Position numbers and translations under genes: made by a program. Below are positions 12,893 through 26,200 of a DNA stretch of 64,000 nt, one piece after another. Numbering within the stretch: the first letter of the stretch is position 1; each line of letters begins with the position of its first letter. The notes beneath the pieces were generated by a model. It was not told the origin of the DNA. It was given only the letters and a program-made list of their open reading frames with translations, and did no database searches. The DNA is from Lytechinus pictus (taxonomy: Eukaryota), in contig NC_087259.1 in assembly GCF_037042905.1 (NCBI RefSeq), positions 9,796,001-9,860,000 on the forward strand, in the 5' to 3' direction.

Positions 12893-14278
12893 TCAGCTGT
12901 TGGAGGTGCCGCTTTGGTTGTCTTCCCCATTCCCCTCTTGCCTATCTTTAAGTTTTCGACTCTCCCACAATTTCTTCAAGGTAATCCCAACAAAACTAGT
13001 GATGATCACGAAGGTCCCGATCGCTGTAATATAGTTCGGCATGACACCGAAGAACAAATATTCTAAGGTGAATGAGAAGAGGATGTCGCATGAGTGGACA
13101 AGAGCAACAGTTTGAGCCCGTTCCGTTTTAAGGGCGAGGTAGATTAGGATTTGGGAGGAGAAGTTACTAATTCCATTGGCAAGGAGAATGATGCGATCCC
13201 CTCCGCATCCAGGCAGTGTCCATTGCTGTAAGACGGTCGTGAGAAATGCGGATAAGAATAACCCACAGATTGAATAGAAAATAAGCACGACCAACGAAGG
13301 AACCTTATAAAACCCAAGTTTTCGCATGAGGATCAAGATGGTCGCGGAAAGGAAAGCGCTTAAGAGGCTCAGTACCGAACCAAGAACTCTCGCATCGAAA
13401 GCTATGCCATCCAATTCTGGATTCCCGAAGAGAAACGGTGGCTGCGCGATCAGGAAAACACCAGCGAGAGTCAGAAAAGAGAAAAGAGTGTCCAAAAATG
13501 AGCAGGATTCCTTTAAAAATATCCAACCAAGAAGTCCTGCAAACACAGGAGCGCTGTACTGAATAGATTTTGAACTTGAAACCGGCATGATTTGATAGAT
13601 TATGTAAGTCAGGGATGTATTGATTGCGCCAAGGATAGACCGAAGGAAAAGAAGACCGTAGGCTTTGCGGCTGTGTGAAAAGGAAACCCTGTTGAGAGCA
13701 CTCATCGGCAGACAAAAGAGGAGCTGTATAGTTGTCCGGGAAAATAGAAGCTGGTTCGGACCCAGTGTTCCTGAGAGGTACACCACGATCATGCCAGAGA
13801 GTGACAGGATCACAGCTGATGTAATTGTATACACAATTCCTATATGAGGGATCTGGAATCTACTCCATCTTGAGCCACCGCACTCTTTTGGTTTGTTCTC
13901 ATCCGCAAGGTCGGTCTTCTGGATTACAGAAGATATGTCAGAATGTTCTATCTGGGTGGCGATTTGCGTGTCCTCACAATCCTCAGCAGAATCCTGGATA
14001 GATTCTTCATCGTTTTCAAATCCAGCATTCCGTTCGCCTCGAACGAGAGAACAATCTGATCTTGTCAAGGTATCCTCGCATCTTTTCAAAGACATAGTCA
14101 CGTCCTGGATAGATCTTTCATCGTTTTCAAATCCATCATCCCGTTTGCCTTCAACAAAAGAACAATCTGCCGGAGTCTCTGTTCCCTCCCCTTTTTTCGA
14201 AGACATAGTCATATCATTATGATAGGGTGTTTTTAACAATCCATTTGTCATACGTTTTCTCTCAGGTTGTCGAGTCAT
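12893..14278 (-). CDS. SLC35G1-like: SLC35G1-like EamA/DMT transporter (copy A), intronless, up to 461 aa
   Basis: Uninterrupted ORF with ~10 TM helices. Motifs IQYSAPVFAGLLGWIFLKE, GVFLIAQPPFLFG, WTLPGCGGDR and ALKTERAQTVALVHSCDILFSF. First in-frame ATG is at 14278; the true start could be downstream (e.g. 14206, MSSKK). Confidence 0.88.
   Translation of the reverse strand: MTRQPERKRMTNGLLKTPYHNDMTMSSKKGEGTETPADCSFVEGKRDDGFENDERSIQDVTMSLKRCEDTLTRSDCSLVRGERNAGFENDEESIQDSAEDCEDTQIATQIEHSDISSVIQKTDLADENKPKECGGSRWSRFQIPHIGIVYTITSAVILSLSGMIVVYLSGTLGPNQLLFSRTTIQLLFCLPMSALNRVSFSHSRKAYGLLFLRSILGAINTSLTYIIYQIMPVSSSKSIQYSAPVFAGLLGWIFLKESCSFLDTLFSFLTLAGVFLIAQPPFLFGNPELDGIAFDARVLGSVLSLLSAFLSATILILMRKLGFYKVPSLVVLIFYSICGLFLSAFLTTVLQQWTLPGCGGDRIILLANGISNFSSQILIYLALKTERAQTVALVHSCDILFSFTLEYLFFGVMPNYITAIGTFVIITSFVGITLKKLWESRKLKDRQEGNGEDNQSGTSNS
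13985..14206 (-). repeat. Two 111-bp (37-aa) coding tandem repeats in the N-terminus of copy A
   Basis: MSSKKGEGTETPADCSFVEGKRDDGFENDERSIQDVT / MSLKRCEDTLTRSDCSLVRGERNAGFENDEESIQDSA; GACATAGTCA at 14091 and 14202. Confidence 0.8.
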
Positions 14279-15587
14279 AATGCGATAACGAGATCCATTG
14301 TGTACATTAACCAGGGCTATATTTTCCTCTCTTAGAAGACGTATGGGTGGTAAATGGACGATAATGTTGTTGTAAAAAGACAAATCAAATAATCAAGGTC
14401 TCATCAAATACTTCAATTGCACTGGTCTACGTGTATGGCGTCAATATATTATAAAGGGCATTTTCTCAAATCCAAAGGCGTATGCTGCTGTAAAAAAAAA
14501 GCAATTCAAATAACCAAGAACTTCGTGAATCCTTTTCTGTAGACATGGTAGATGTTTATTTTGCTGTAACACGGTAATTTGATTGAGATGTCTGAAATTG
14601 TATCTTTACCTCAATTTGCCATGATTGTAAATTTGGACTATTGGCCCTTGAGATCATGAAATTTTGATACCCGATTTTCTCCATGAGATGTGATTTGACA
14701 TGACAGTATATCGCCGTTTGTTTATTCATAAGATCAATGTGTTTGTCTTTGCACAAAGGGCATTACCATTGGAGTTAACTAATCTTTAAAAGTTATAGAA
14801 TCCAACAATGGCAGAATAAAACAAAGTAAATTGCAGCCAAAAATACGAAGACTATAATTCTCTTCATTTTAATCCGTTTATCACCCATATTTTTTTTTAA
14901 TAAGGCCCTAGTATTCCTCAAAGTTCGGAATTTCCGTTTGTCTTTCATGTTCTTAATTGATATAATCTTTTATTAACATTTAGGAGATGTAATTTATTAC
15001 AATTTGGTATAAATTGGATACGGATCATTTTTAGCTTACTCGCTTCGCCCTTCCGCATTTATTTTTCAATATTAAATAATAATATAAATTATTAATGATG
15101 TAAATATATCATATCTAAGCTGTCGAAAACAAGCAATTGCGTATGAATGGGGAGGGGTACATCCGGCGCGACCACCCCCCCCCCCCCCCCCCCCATTTAC
15201 GAGTCTACCATCTGTTTGTTTTCTGTTTTATATTTTTCCGTAACAAACCAGCCTCCTCTCTTACAAATCATTCCCAGGACACTGATAATCTGACTTTTGA
15301 CTCTCAAACTGTATTAAACCGTGTGATGGCGCCACCCATGTCAAAGTGGAATTATAATTGAATTTACTTGTGCATCTCTGGGAATAACACAGATTAAAAG
15401 AGAGGTGAAATAGATAGAGCATGAACGTACTTTGTATGTGCCATTGGTAGTGAAAGATGACGAAATAAGATTAGTGTTGGAAAAAAAGAGGTTTAATTTT
15501 CAATCGTGTATATACTTCTATTTCTCCTTCTACTTCTACTGTACGACGATACTTAGCAGGATCCATTAGTCAGGATGTAGTGCTCTA

Positions 15588-17347
15588 CAGTGCGTCTCAA
15601 AAAAAAACTATACACTTTTGAAATGGCTACCAAACAAAAAATATGTCACTATGGGGGAAAATACCTATATATATGGAAAGCCAATAAAGTCAATTTTGAG
15701 ATGACACAAAAAAGTTGGAAAACTATTTATGCTTGAGTGAGCACTACCCACTTAAACAAAGGGTATGGAAATTAGGGTGGGCAGGAATTTGCCTTCCAAT
15801 TTCTTTCAGTTTTTGGATGTGAGTCCCTTGGAACTTGCAAAGTTGAGGGTGTTCTAATAAATCAATGATCAAGCATTTATCAATTTAGGTTTTTAGAGCA
15901 AATTTCAAGAATAATTAAATTGCAATTAAAGCATGAGAGAAGTTCAGAGAACATGAAATACAATTTTTAACTTTTCACCACGTGGATCTCAGCAATGTGA
16001 TCATGGAAGGGTTAGGACTTAGGTGAGGGAAGCAGGTTGATGGGATAAGGGTCAACAGATCACTTAACCCCCCCCCCTCCCTCCCTCTCTCCCTCTCCCT
16101 ACACCTTTCACCCCTCCTGAGAGACTTGCCTTTGCTAAGGGGAGCAGGAATTGGCCTTCTAGGGTTTTTCAGAGGTGAGTCCTTTGGAACTTGCAAAGTT
16201 AAGGGAAGGGTGTTATGCTAAATTACTGATGAATTTAGATCAGTTTTGGTTTCTTACGCAAATTTCATGAGTTACGAAATTGAAATGTAATACATGAGTA
16301 AAAAGGATTTGTAATTTTAGTGTAGCATTTTTAGTTTATTATGTGGATCTTAGCAAGTGTGCTTGTGAGAGTCAGAGTAATGTTATTGTACCTCTTACAT
16401 GCAAGGGGGTGAGATAGGGTAAGACTGGGTTTAAGGGGCATTCTTCTTTGTGTTCTCTTACAAATTACATGTCATGTACTCGCCCTCCACCCCTTTCTTT
16501 CTCCTGGATGGTATTAAAAACTTAAATGCCTCGTGACTTACGGTTGATGGGTCTTTCTTTTCCATTGAATGATTATTAAGAGCTTGACTAATTATGGTGA
16601 TTTATGAAATAATTTATTGAAAAAGCTGAATGTTTGATTGATAATTTATTGAAAAAGGTGAATATTGATTGATCACATTGATTGATTTACTAACGTACTG
16701 TTGATTGAACGATTGATAAGTGAAAGTTGATGACCTAATTTTCAGAATTTATTATCAAATTGACAGTCCACTCTAGACTTAATGCGTGCATGTAATAGCA
16801 ATCAATCTCAAACTCACAGGAGGGAGGGGGGGAGGAACGGAGCTGAAGTGGGGAGGCTAAACGTTCTGTTGACCCCTTTCCCATCAGCTTACTTCACCCA
16901 CTGAAGTCCTATCTTACCCCTATTCTCCTGACTCCAATGAACACACTGCTGAGATCCTGATTGTAAAGCATGCTGCACTAAAGATTGCAATTCACGCTCA
17001 CTCATGCATGAAATTTCAATTTGATAATTCATTAAATTTGCTCCAACAATTTAAATCGATCATGAATGAACATTAATTTAATTTAAATTAAATTAAGTTT
17101 GCAAGTTCCGAGGGACTCGCCTCTCAAAAACTGACAGAAATCGAAAGGCTAATTCCTGCCCACCCTAATTTTCATACCCTTTGTTTAAGTGGGTACTGCT
17201 TACTCAAGCATGAATAGTTTTTCAACTTTTTGGTGTCATCTGAAAGTTGAATTCATTGGCTTTCCATATATATAGGTATAGTCCCCCAAAGTGATTTTTT
17301 GTTTGGTAGCCCTTTCAAAAGTGTATAGTTTTTTTTTAGACGCACTG
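15588..17347. mobile_element. Tc1/mariner-type non-autonomous element with long TIRs
   Basis: TA|CAGTGCGTCT...AGACGCACTG|TA; several hundred bp of inverted homology, plus an internal direct repeat (~15800-16000 vs ~16150-16370). Confidence 0.85.
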
Positions 17348-19717
17348 TAGTGTATATAGTTTCTATTATGCCAGATGTTATTTAGTGGTGGAGAAAGGTG
17401 TTCAATTGTCCAGCGTGAAAGAAGTCTTGTATTAGTGTCTTTATGCCAGACTTAATTGAAATGCATTCATTACTTTGTGTTTAGGATTTTTCAGATTGGA
17501 ATATGCAAATTACGTTTGACCACCTTGCTTCCTTCGAACATGTAGAAAAGTGCTCTTGGGGCAGACACCCCCAGCCAGCTAGAGAAGAAGAAGATGAATT
17601 GGGCATGGGTCCTCAGCCGATTTTATTTTCATTGATTTCATCATTTCTATAGTTTTGTATAGTTTCTATCATCAAACATGTCAAAAGTTTTCAAGTATGA
17701 GAATGGAGAACCTGTTTTTGACAGGGTATTTCAACAATAATTCTGTACAAGCATTGTTTTAATTCCGCATCACCGGTGAGTTAATTTTGTAGATTTGTTT
17801 AAGTAACATAACTATGTGAATTCAATACTGATTTATAATCAAGTAATTTCTTTGTTATAGCAATGCATCGTAAATTCTTTATGAACAATTTATAAAATGT
17901 TTGAGTAAGTCCTTAGTGTCATTTGAACTTTTGAGAAAAACTCATTTTTGACAGTGTTTCAGCATCTCTATGCATGCACCAAATTCGTATCTATTACATA
18001 ATCATTCCGTCAAATTCCATAATGCAGTCTGGTGTAAAATTTCCCATGAAATCTGACACCAGACTGCTAACGGTAGATTATAAATATCAAATATTTACAA
18101 AATGTAATATTATGGAATTCTTAGGCCCCGTTGGTGAGCTTAGATGACCGAAATTTTCATTGGCAAAATATAGGCCTAAATTTTGGTGTTACCCAGGACA
18201 GTTCACTCAGCCCTCTTTTATTTATTTTCTAAAAAAGTGACCTTAAATATATTACAATATATTAACTTGTACTTATTTTGGTCAGTGATTTGAATTTGCT
18301 TTATTCGCTTTATAATCATGATAATCTGATTAATGTGTGGATCAATTCATATAATAGGGTAATAGATAAACAGTTAGCTGTTGTAAAAAAAAAACAATAA
18401 GAGCATACTTTCAGCGATCCCGTTTGACAACACTCACAGCAGCTTTGCTAAGCGACGCGGACGTATTGCAAGGTTAGCCCTTATGAGTTAAAACATTTAT
18501 TCTTATTTCCTCGCCTGGTACCAAGATATGCAATTCTCAATGTCGAGAATTTTATTTCTTGATGTGAAAAAAAATGAATTCCCCATATACATTATATAAA
18601 AACAATTATTGATATATCAATAATTGTATTTCGTCATATATTATGAAGAGAGTTAAAGGGGCTTGTCGTACCCCCGCGTCTCTGAAAGTCCCTGTTCGTA
18701 GGCTCGCTGAGCAAGACCTCGCTATTGAGTTGTTACCATCTGACAATCATGATGTGTCTGATTTTTAAGGAGTCTATTTTTGCTCATGAACCATCCATAA
18801 TTGAATGATTCGTTTGGTATGCTAGTCTCCGAGATCAAAGGATTGTTTGTATTAGATTCCATTATCACATTTATCTGTTAATATTTGACGAACAATACAT
18901 CTATATGAATAATCACACAATGCACAAATTCCAAGATCGCACATGTTTCCTTGGTATCGTACATCCATATAAAAAGGTAATATACATATAGAGTTAATGT
19001 CTAACATAGTGTGTGTACAATCTGTTTCCAACATAGGGCGTAACAATTCATCTCCCGCCCATTTCCTTTTCTGTAATTGACCTCTTGTAGACTTGAACCA
19101 CCATTATTAATTTCATACGTCAACAAGAGCTGCGTTTTAAAGAGAGTCTAATGGTCAGGGCCAAAACCGTGAGCAAAAAAAAAACGCAAAAAGTACCATC
19201 TGATTATGACTTTTTGCATGGTCACCCCCCCCCCCCTCACTTTCAAAACCGTTGAGTTGTTACCATATGACAATCATGACCTGATGATTGTCGATAAAGG
19301 GTTATTAAGATTATTACTATTAGTGAAAAAAATGCAATAAATTCAGTCTTCCTTCTCATATCACCCCCCCCCCCCCATACAGTGATGGTGTCTGGTTCCA
19401 TTCATGCAAGTCTTTGATGGAAAAATAAATACAAGGCACAGCTTTTAACACCTAAAATTGTGAGTTCACGTTTCAAAATAAGTAATCAGCGGCATAACGG
19501 CCTTTTTTTGGGGGGGAGGGGGCAGAACGTGGCGTATAGGGCAAAATATTTTTGGCTTTGGGAGTGACCTAAAGTTTAGAATTTTTTAATTCCCCTCTCT
19601 CCCATCCTTGCTCAGATAATAGCCACCAAAATATATATATATATGAAAGAAAGCATGATAGTGCAAAATTATCCTGGCCACACACCTTCTCACCCACACA
19701 TAAAATATACTCCCACC

Positions 19718-19777
19718 CAGTGGCGTACCTAGGGTTTTCCACAGGGGGGGCAAAATCGGCCGCCAAAAAATTTGACA

Positions 19778-19816
<39 letters not shown>

Positions 19817-20046
19817 TCTTCAATAAAAATATAAAGGTTTTTGTACCAGAAAAAAAAATTGACAAGCAAAAAAAAAAAAAAAAAAAAGGTCTTCAAGCTC
19901 ATTAAGGGGGAGGGGGGCAATAAAGGTCTTAAAGCTCGTCAGGGGGGGTGGCAAAAAAGGGGCAGGTATATGTCTTTTGTATGGGTTGTGGCTCGTCAGG
20001 GGGGCAGAGTGTCCCCCCTGCCCCCCCCCCCGTAGGTACGCTAGTG
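19718..20046. mobile_element. hAT-like MITE (CAGTGGCGTACCTA family)
   Basis: Termini CAGTGGCGTACCTA / TAGGTACGCTAGTG; 8-bp TSD CTCCCACC (19710-19717, 20047-20054); internal poly-A repeats; second copy at 50248-50648. Confidence 0.85.
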
Positions 20047-20397
20047 CTCCCACCCCTATCACCCACTCACGTTCTTTCTCTCTGTCACACCATGGACCTA
20101 CTAGCTAGTAGGTCCATGCACAAACAAACACCACCACACTCATTCAATCCCATATACCCTCACCTATATATCTCACACACAAACTCACGCCCACAAGGGG
20201 GTGCGAAATGCTCATATTATATCTATATATATATATATATATATACTGTATATACATTTTCTCTCTCTGGCAGGATCGATTCTACGAATCTTTCGCACGT
20301 GGAACTGCCTGAAACCTTCATTAGTTGGGATAACCAAGTTTGGAGCCAATTCACAGTGCCCTTAACACATGTAATAGGCAGTTCATCTCGACACGTG

Positions 20398-21278
20398 GGC
20401 CCGTATTCTGAACTCTGGTTTAACTTATACCGTTGTCTCTGTGCTAAAATTATGGGTAGCCAAACATGTCATGTTTTTTATGTTTACTGTGCTATTTCAT
20501 AATTCTTGAATGGTGAATAGAATTATCTCATTTATCCTTCCCAGACAGTTAAGAAAGCTGACACTATGAACCTCTACTGTGAGAGATTTGTGTCACAATT
20601 GCGGGCTATCCATAGTTAAAGGACAAGTCCACCCCAACAAAAAGTTGATTGGAATAAAAAGAGAAAAATCCAACAAGTATAACACTGAAAATTTCATCAA
20701 AATCGGATGTAAAATAAGAAAGTTATGACATTTCAAAATTTTGCTTAATTTCACAAAATAGTTATATGCACATCCTGGTCGGTATGCAAATGAGGGAACT
20801 GATGACATCACTCACTCACTATTTCTTTTGTATTTTATTATATGAAATATGAAATATTTTGATTTTCTCATCATTGTCATGTGAAATTAAGTTTCATTCC
20901 TCCCTGAACATGTGGAATTCCATTATTTTAACATTTTGTGCTTCAGGCAAGGAGGTCCTAATCGTCAAATTCGCAAAAATTGAAATTTTGTATAATTCAA
21001 ACAATAAAAAACAAAAGAATTAGTGAGTGAGTGACATCATCGACTCTCTCATTTGAATGTAACTGGCTCGTTCATATAACTATTTTGTTAAAAATAAGCG
21101 AAACTTTGAAATGTCATAACTTTCTTATTTTACATCCGATTTTGATGAAATTTTCAGCATTGTGCTTGTCTGATTTTTCTCTATTGATTCAAATCAACAT
21201 TTTTCTGAGGTGGACTTGACCTTTAAACCACAAGTTTAGACCAGACTTTAAAATGAACCCAACTTCAGAATACGGGCC
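20398..21278. mobile_element. Harbinger-like MITE hosting a nested TTAA element
   Basis: TIRs GGCCCGTATTCTGAA / TTCAGAATACGGGCC; TSD not resolved. Confidence 0.6.
20620..21222. mobile_element. TTAA-flanked (Kolobok-like) MITE
   Basis: TTAA|AGGACAAGTCCACC...GGTGGACTTGACCT|TTAA with long imperfect TIRs; same family as 59023-59625. Confidence 0.85.
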
Positions 21279-23149
21279 TCAGTCTATATGTCTGCGGGCA
21301 TGTCTGCTATCTGTTCCAAACATCGACGGTTTAATTAAAACAATAACAAGCACTATCATCAACAATGAGCAACATTTTGAATTTTCTTGACCCACCCCTC
21401 CTCTCATTTCATCATTGCTCCTATCCCGATCTTTCCATTTTAGACTCATTTTCTTTCAGTGTAATCCTTTTCGTTTTACTCTCTTTCGTCTTGATCCTTC
21501 TCTGACACGGCTCTGTTCGTCCTCTTCTCTTTGTTTCAGGTTAACTTGCTTGAAGTTTTTTTTAGGGGGGGGGTCATATTAAATCCAATATTGAGCTCTT
21601 GCTTCTAATAAACTCGATAGGGAAGTAAAATGTTTAATAATCCCTTTTCCCTGCAGATTTCGATAGCAGGTACAAATATGGATTTCTTCGTAATGAACCA
21701 AGATCATTAGCCCCATTAAAACCAGGGTAAACTGACCGGCATGCCTTACACAAGTTTGCTTGAAACTTCAAAAGACGTTTTTTTTTTCTAATTATGCTTC
21801 CCCACCCCCGAGAAAATGTTCCCCAAACGGCACTGCAAATGGCCGATCTGTAGGCCTACACAGGGCGCAAACGAAGTACAACATTTAATGGTAAGATAAA
21901 CAATTTAGAAAGAAAACGGAACTCAGGTTCTATTAGTTGCAATGTTTATTGTCTCAAAAGAAAAGAAAGATTTAGTAAATTTGATTGGCTGATAGTATAT
22001 TTCATAGAAATTGTGCATTTGTTATCTAAACAAGTCTTTATAAAACGCGGGCCCAGGATTAGAATGTCAAGAAAAATGATCTTCCAGTGCTCTCATATTG
22101 AAACTGTGACGAGCAAAAATTAAAACTGTCGATGTAGGCCTCGTACCATACATGCTTGCATTGCATGCGACTTTCTGTAGTGATGAGTCAATTTGTTTGT
22201 ATGGCAATTATATGGCCTTCCAGAAATCAAGTATTCAGGAGTATTCAATAAGCGTTTCATTATTACCTTGAGACGGGTTTTTTCCTCATTATTCATATCC
22301 GCAGTCCATAACCAGTATAAAATATTATATCTGATTATATTACAAAAAATAGGATAAAGAATTTATATACTTTTATAAAATAAAAAACCTTTAGTTAAAG
22401 AAATATTGTGTATGTTTTTGTTTTCATCGGGGATGATGGAAAATTACCTGCCATATATCACGTCTACACCAGTTAATAATTTTTGTTTGGGCAAGTGCAC
22501 TGAACATATTAACAATGACATAGATCAAGTGTTTTTTTCTTCTACTTCATCATCATATCCCTCCTTTTCTACTTCATCTTCTTTTTTATCTCTTTCATCT
22601 TCTTCTCCTTCTGTTTCTTCTTTTTTATTATTCTGTTCTTCCTCCTTCTTCTTTCGCTTCTAATCAGAGACGTTGATAGTGGGTAAAAATATGTCATCAT
22701 TAAAAAGCCAGGGTATCTGTAATAATCTGGAGCAAACATTTGCGCAAGGTTGACCGCCTCGGAAAGGGTGGGTTAGTGGACTAGTATTTGCTCCAACCCC
22801 CCCCCCCCCACACTTCCCCCTCCTTCTATTCTAAGTATATACTGCATTTTGAGTTCCATCGAGAATGAATGTACGAAAAGTACACGGACGTTATGAAATG
22901 ATTGGTAATAGAAAAAAATAAAATAAAGAAGACATTTGAATACAGTGAAATCTTGCATAAAATACATTTTACAAGTAAAAATAATACGGCCTTGGTGACA
23001 TATCTGAACAAAATTATAATATCTCTGAATGACGATATTTTTTGTATACACAAGGTTTATGCAAAAGTTTATATATTGGGCTCCGCGTTCACGGTTAGAA
23101 ATCATCGCCGATCAGTGAGAACTTATTGTAACTTATAATCTTCAGAAAC

Positions 23150-23295
23150 TTAATCACGGGGTACATACAGCAGACGGTTTTCGGTGTCAGAAGGTAGATC
23201 ACTAATAGCATTCTTGGTCGATGTGTCGATCAGGGTCGCCTTAATATCAGCAGGTGAAAGGTTGGGATTCTTAGCTAGCAGTAGTGCTACAGCGC
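23150..23295 (-). CDS. Subtilase left copy exon 8 (terminal)
   Basis: ttccacag|GC GCT...; (G)[47 protein letters not shown]. Confidence 0.9.
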
Positions 23296-26200
23296 CTGTG
23301 GAATAACCATTAAAAAAATTGAGAAAAGAATGCTTGATTTTGGTTAAAAAGTGAGATATAGTAGCGTATTTCAGCATCCACTTCGGTGACGCATTCTGCA
23401 ACGTTCAGAATCTATTAATTGAAAATGCCGGTCAAATCACAGATAAGAAAATAGGTCATTGTCGAAGGTTGGTCGCCTCATCGCTCCCCAGCCGAGTCAA
23501 ACCAAAATGTAAGACCTGCTGGCTTCTTGCTAGGCGCTCAGCATTTAGATTGGAGATTGGTTATAATAACATGGTATGTAATGCCGGGCCCGTCAGAAGA
23601 ACATTTTTTTTAATTGAAATGTCTACCCTGGGTAAATAAATTATTATTTTTATTACAAAATCCCTCATGCTACGGGAGGTGTTACTGAATATCAAGTTGG
23701 GTTACTGATGAATTATATATTGGTTACATTTTCAAAGGCATGTATGTATATATATTGCCACTAAGTAAGCATGATCATGGTGCATTAAGGTCATCACCCA
23801 CCCCCCCCCCCCTCCCCCCGTCCATGTCCAACTCGTAATAATCTGACCCGCAAGGGTGTCACTATAGGTCCCATAAAACTCACCGGTAACGTGAGTGGTA
23901 GACACAGATGTACCACTTTGGGTCCGCGTGTCATCCGGTTTTCCAATCCATAGGCTTTTTATATCGTTACCAGGAGCAAATAAATCCACGCACGTCCCGT
24001 AGTTGGAGTAATCAGCCCTTCTGTCATTGATATCTGTTGCACCAACGGTTATAGCCTAAACAGTTAAAGATAAATGCCACCGAGTTTTGGTCACGATTTC
24101 GAAATGTATTTCGTACATAATCGAATCAAATTGACCATAGCCAACATAACAAAAACACGAAATATGCCAAAGGATTTTCGAAGAAATTGTGTAATTGCTG
24201 AGAAATTAGCAAACAAGAATGAAATTCGAGCAAACCACCCTTTTTCTTGAAAATCGGTGTTTTTGATACCCTTAACGAGTCCACGCGCGGACCGCGTCCA
24301 AAATTGAAAAAACACCCCTATAAACGCGTTTTTTTTGGTCACGCGTGTGTACATCAATATATTTGACTGCCCCCCCCCCCCCCCGGGCACGATGCCGGGT
24401 CTTTTTCCAAGCAATAGTGAGACACTGACCCTCATGTTTTGGCGATCTTCATGATAGATTTCATGATTCAATCAGTGAGCTTGCACCAAACAAGAGACCT
24501 TAAAGGAGAATGAAACTCTTGGAGCAAGTTAGCTTTTGTGAAAGCAGAAAAATCAAAGAATAAGATCAACAAAAGTTTGAGTAAAATGGGACTAGCAATA
24601 AAAGAGTTATGAGCAATTGAATGTCGAGATCACTAATGCTATGGAGATCCTACCATTGGCAATGCGACCAAGATCTATGATGTAACAGATGAACAACTCT
24701 CCCCTTTTGGACACTGAAAATATACCCCAAAACATCTCTTTTTGCTCATTCTAATCATATGACAAACGATTCATCAATGATATAATGTTGTGAAACCTCT
24801 GTACTTGTCCTCTCATAAAGAGAACACATCACCTTGTGATAGACTCAATAAAAGTGAGAATATAAGTGAAATAAGTACTAAAGTAATGAGGGAGTTGTAC
24901 GTGTGTGACATCACAGATCTTGGTCGCATTGCCAATTGGAGGATCTACATGCATGACATTAGTGATCTCAATATTCAAATGCTCATAACTTTCTTATTAT
25001 TCATTCAATCTTCCTCAAACTTTCAACAATATGTTTCTTTGATTTTTCTCTTTGATATGGATTCAGCTGGTTTCAAGGGTTTCATTCTCCTTTAATTGTC
25101 TTGGTCAACAGAACGACTAGATGAAAAAGAGGAGTTAGGAATACTTATTCTTATATTTTCACAGATGAATAAAGGAGAATAGGGAGTAATGAAGGAAGTG
25201 GTAGTTAATACACAAAAAAAATAATAATGAATGTGATATGACCTTAACTGTATGTATTGTTTTAGGTGTCACGGTGGTGATAGATGCGGGCGAACCCCTT
25301 GCCATTTTAAAACATAATGGTGCAACCCATAGGATACTTTCATTGCGCACCCCGTAAAATTGAGCGGTGACATTTTTTGTCAATATTTTTTTGAAAAATT
25401 CACTGCCCGTAAGAGTTCGATCTGATCCGCAACTATAATCATACAATGGGACCAAGATTTTGTCCAAGAATTCGAGTTCTCATTTCAGTGGAATCCGGGG
25501 GGGGGGGTGTTTCACAAAGATTTAAGCATATGACTTAGAGTCGCACTTAAATGTCTGTTTGCGTGCGGTATAAAAGGCATGACCGCATTGGTCAGATCAT
25601 CAGAAGAGGACGCGCTCTACTGCGTATTGATCAATAAGAGTGCGCTTTGTATAATATCTTGTATCTTAAGTGCGAAATAAGTCATACTTGCATCTTTGTG
25701 AAACACCCCCGGGTTACACTGTGAATGGGTCGGGTGTAAATAGAACCAACCTCTTGTACACCAGCAGGTGAAGAGGAGCAGGCACTGGTAGGACTATTGG
25801 CATTACGAGCTGATGCAACAACGGATATACCAGACTGAATAACTCTTTGAACGGCCTCGTCGGCTGCCGTGTTAGCAGGACCTCCAATGGACATCGAGGC
25901 AACTGCCGGCTTCACTCCAAAATTCACAAGGTAATCGCAGGCTGAAAGTATGACCAGAGAAAAGAGTAACATCCGATTAATCAATGTCATCCGATAGTTC
26001 ATCCATCAGATACGAAATTATACAACATGTGGTCCATAAACCCGTTGGGGTCGGGCTGTAAATTACACAGAGTATTTGTATGTGTCTTAGGAAGAGGGGT
26101 GGGCAAGTAATATAGGCCTACCAAAATTAAACAATTCCTACCTGGCGCAACAAGCATAGTTTTTTTCGTTACGTCATGGATGAAGTCTTTCGTTAACTAG

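Larger units (their letters stand above)
12359..15105. repeat. Segmental direct duplication (partner 1-7255 minus the 4.5-kb insertion)
   Basis: Collinear homology covering the 3' flank, CDS and 5' flank; it extends past the window start. Confidence 0.9.

Noticed and set aside
14279-14383. N-terminal extension of copy A from the ORF-track start
   Set aside because: It begins at TTG, and differences from the A' copy look unconstrained; treated as 5' UTR or flank.
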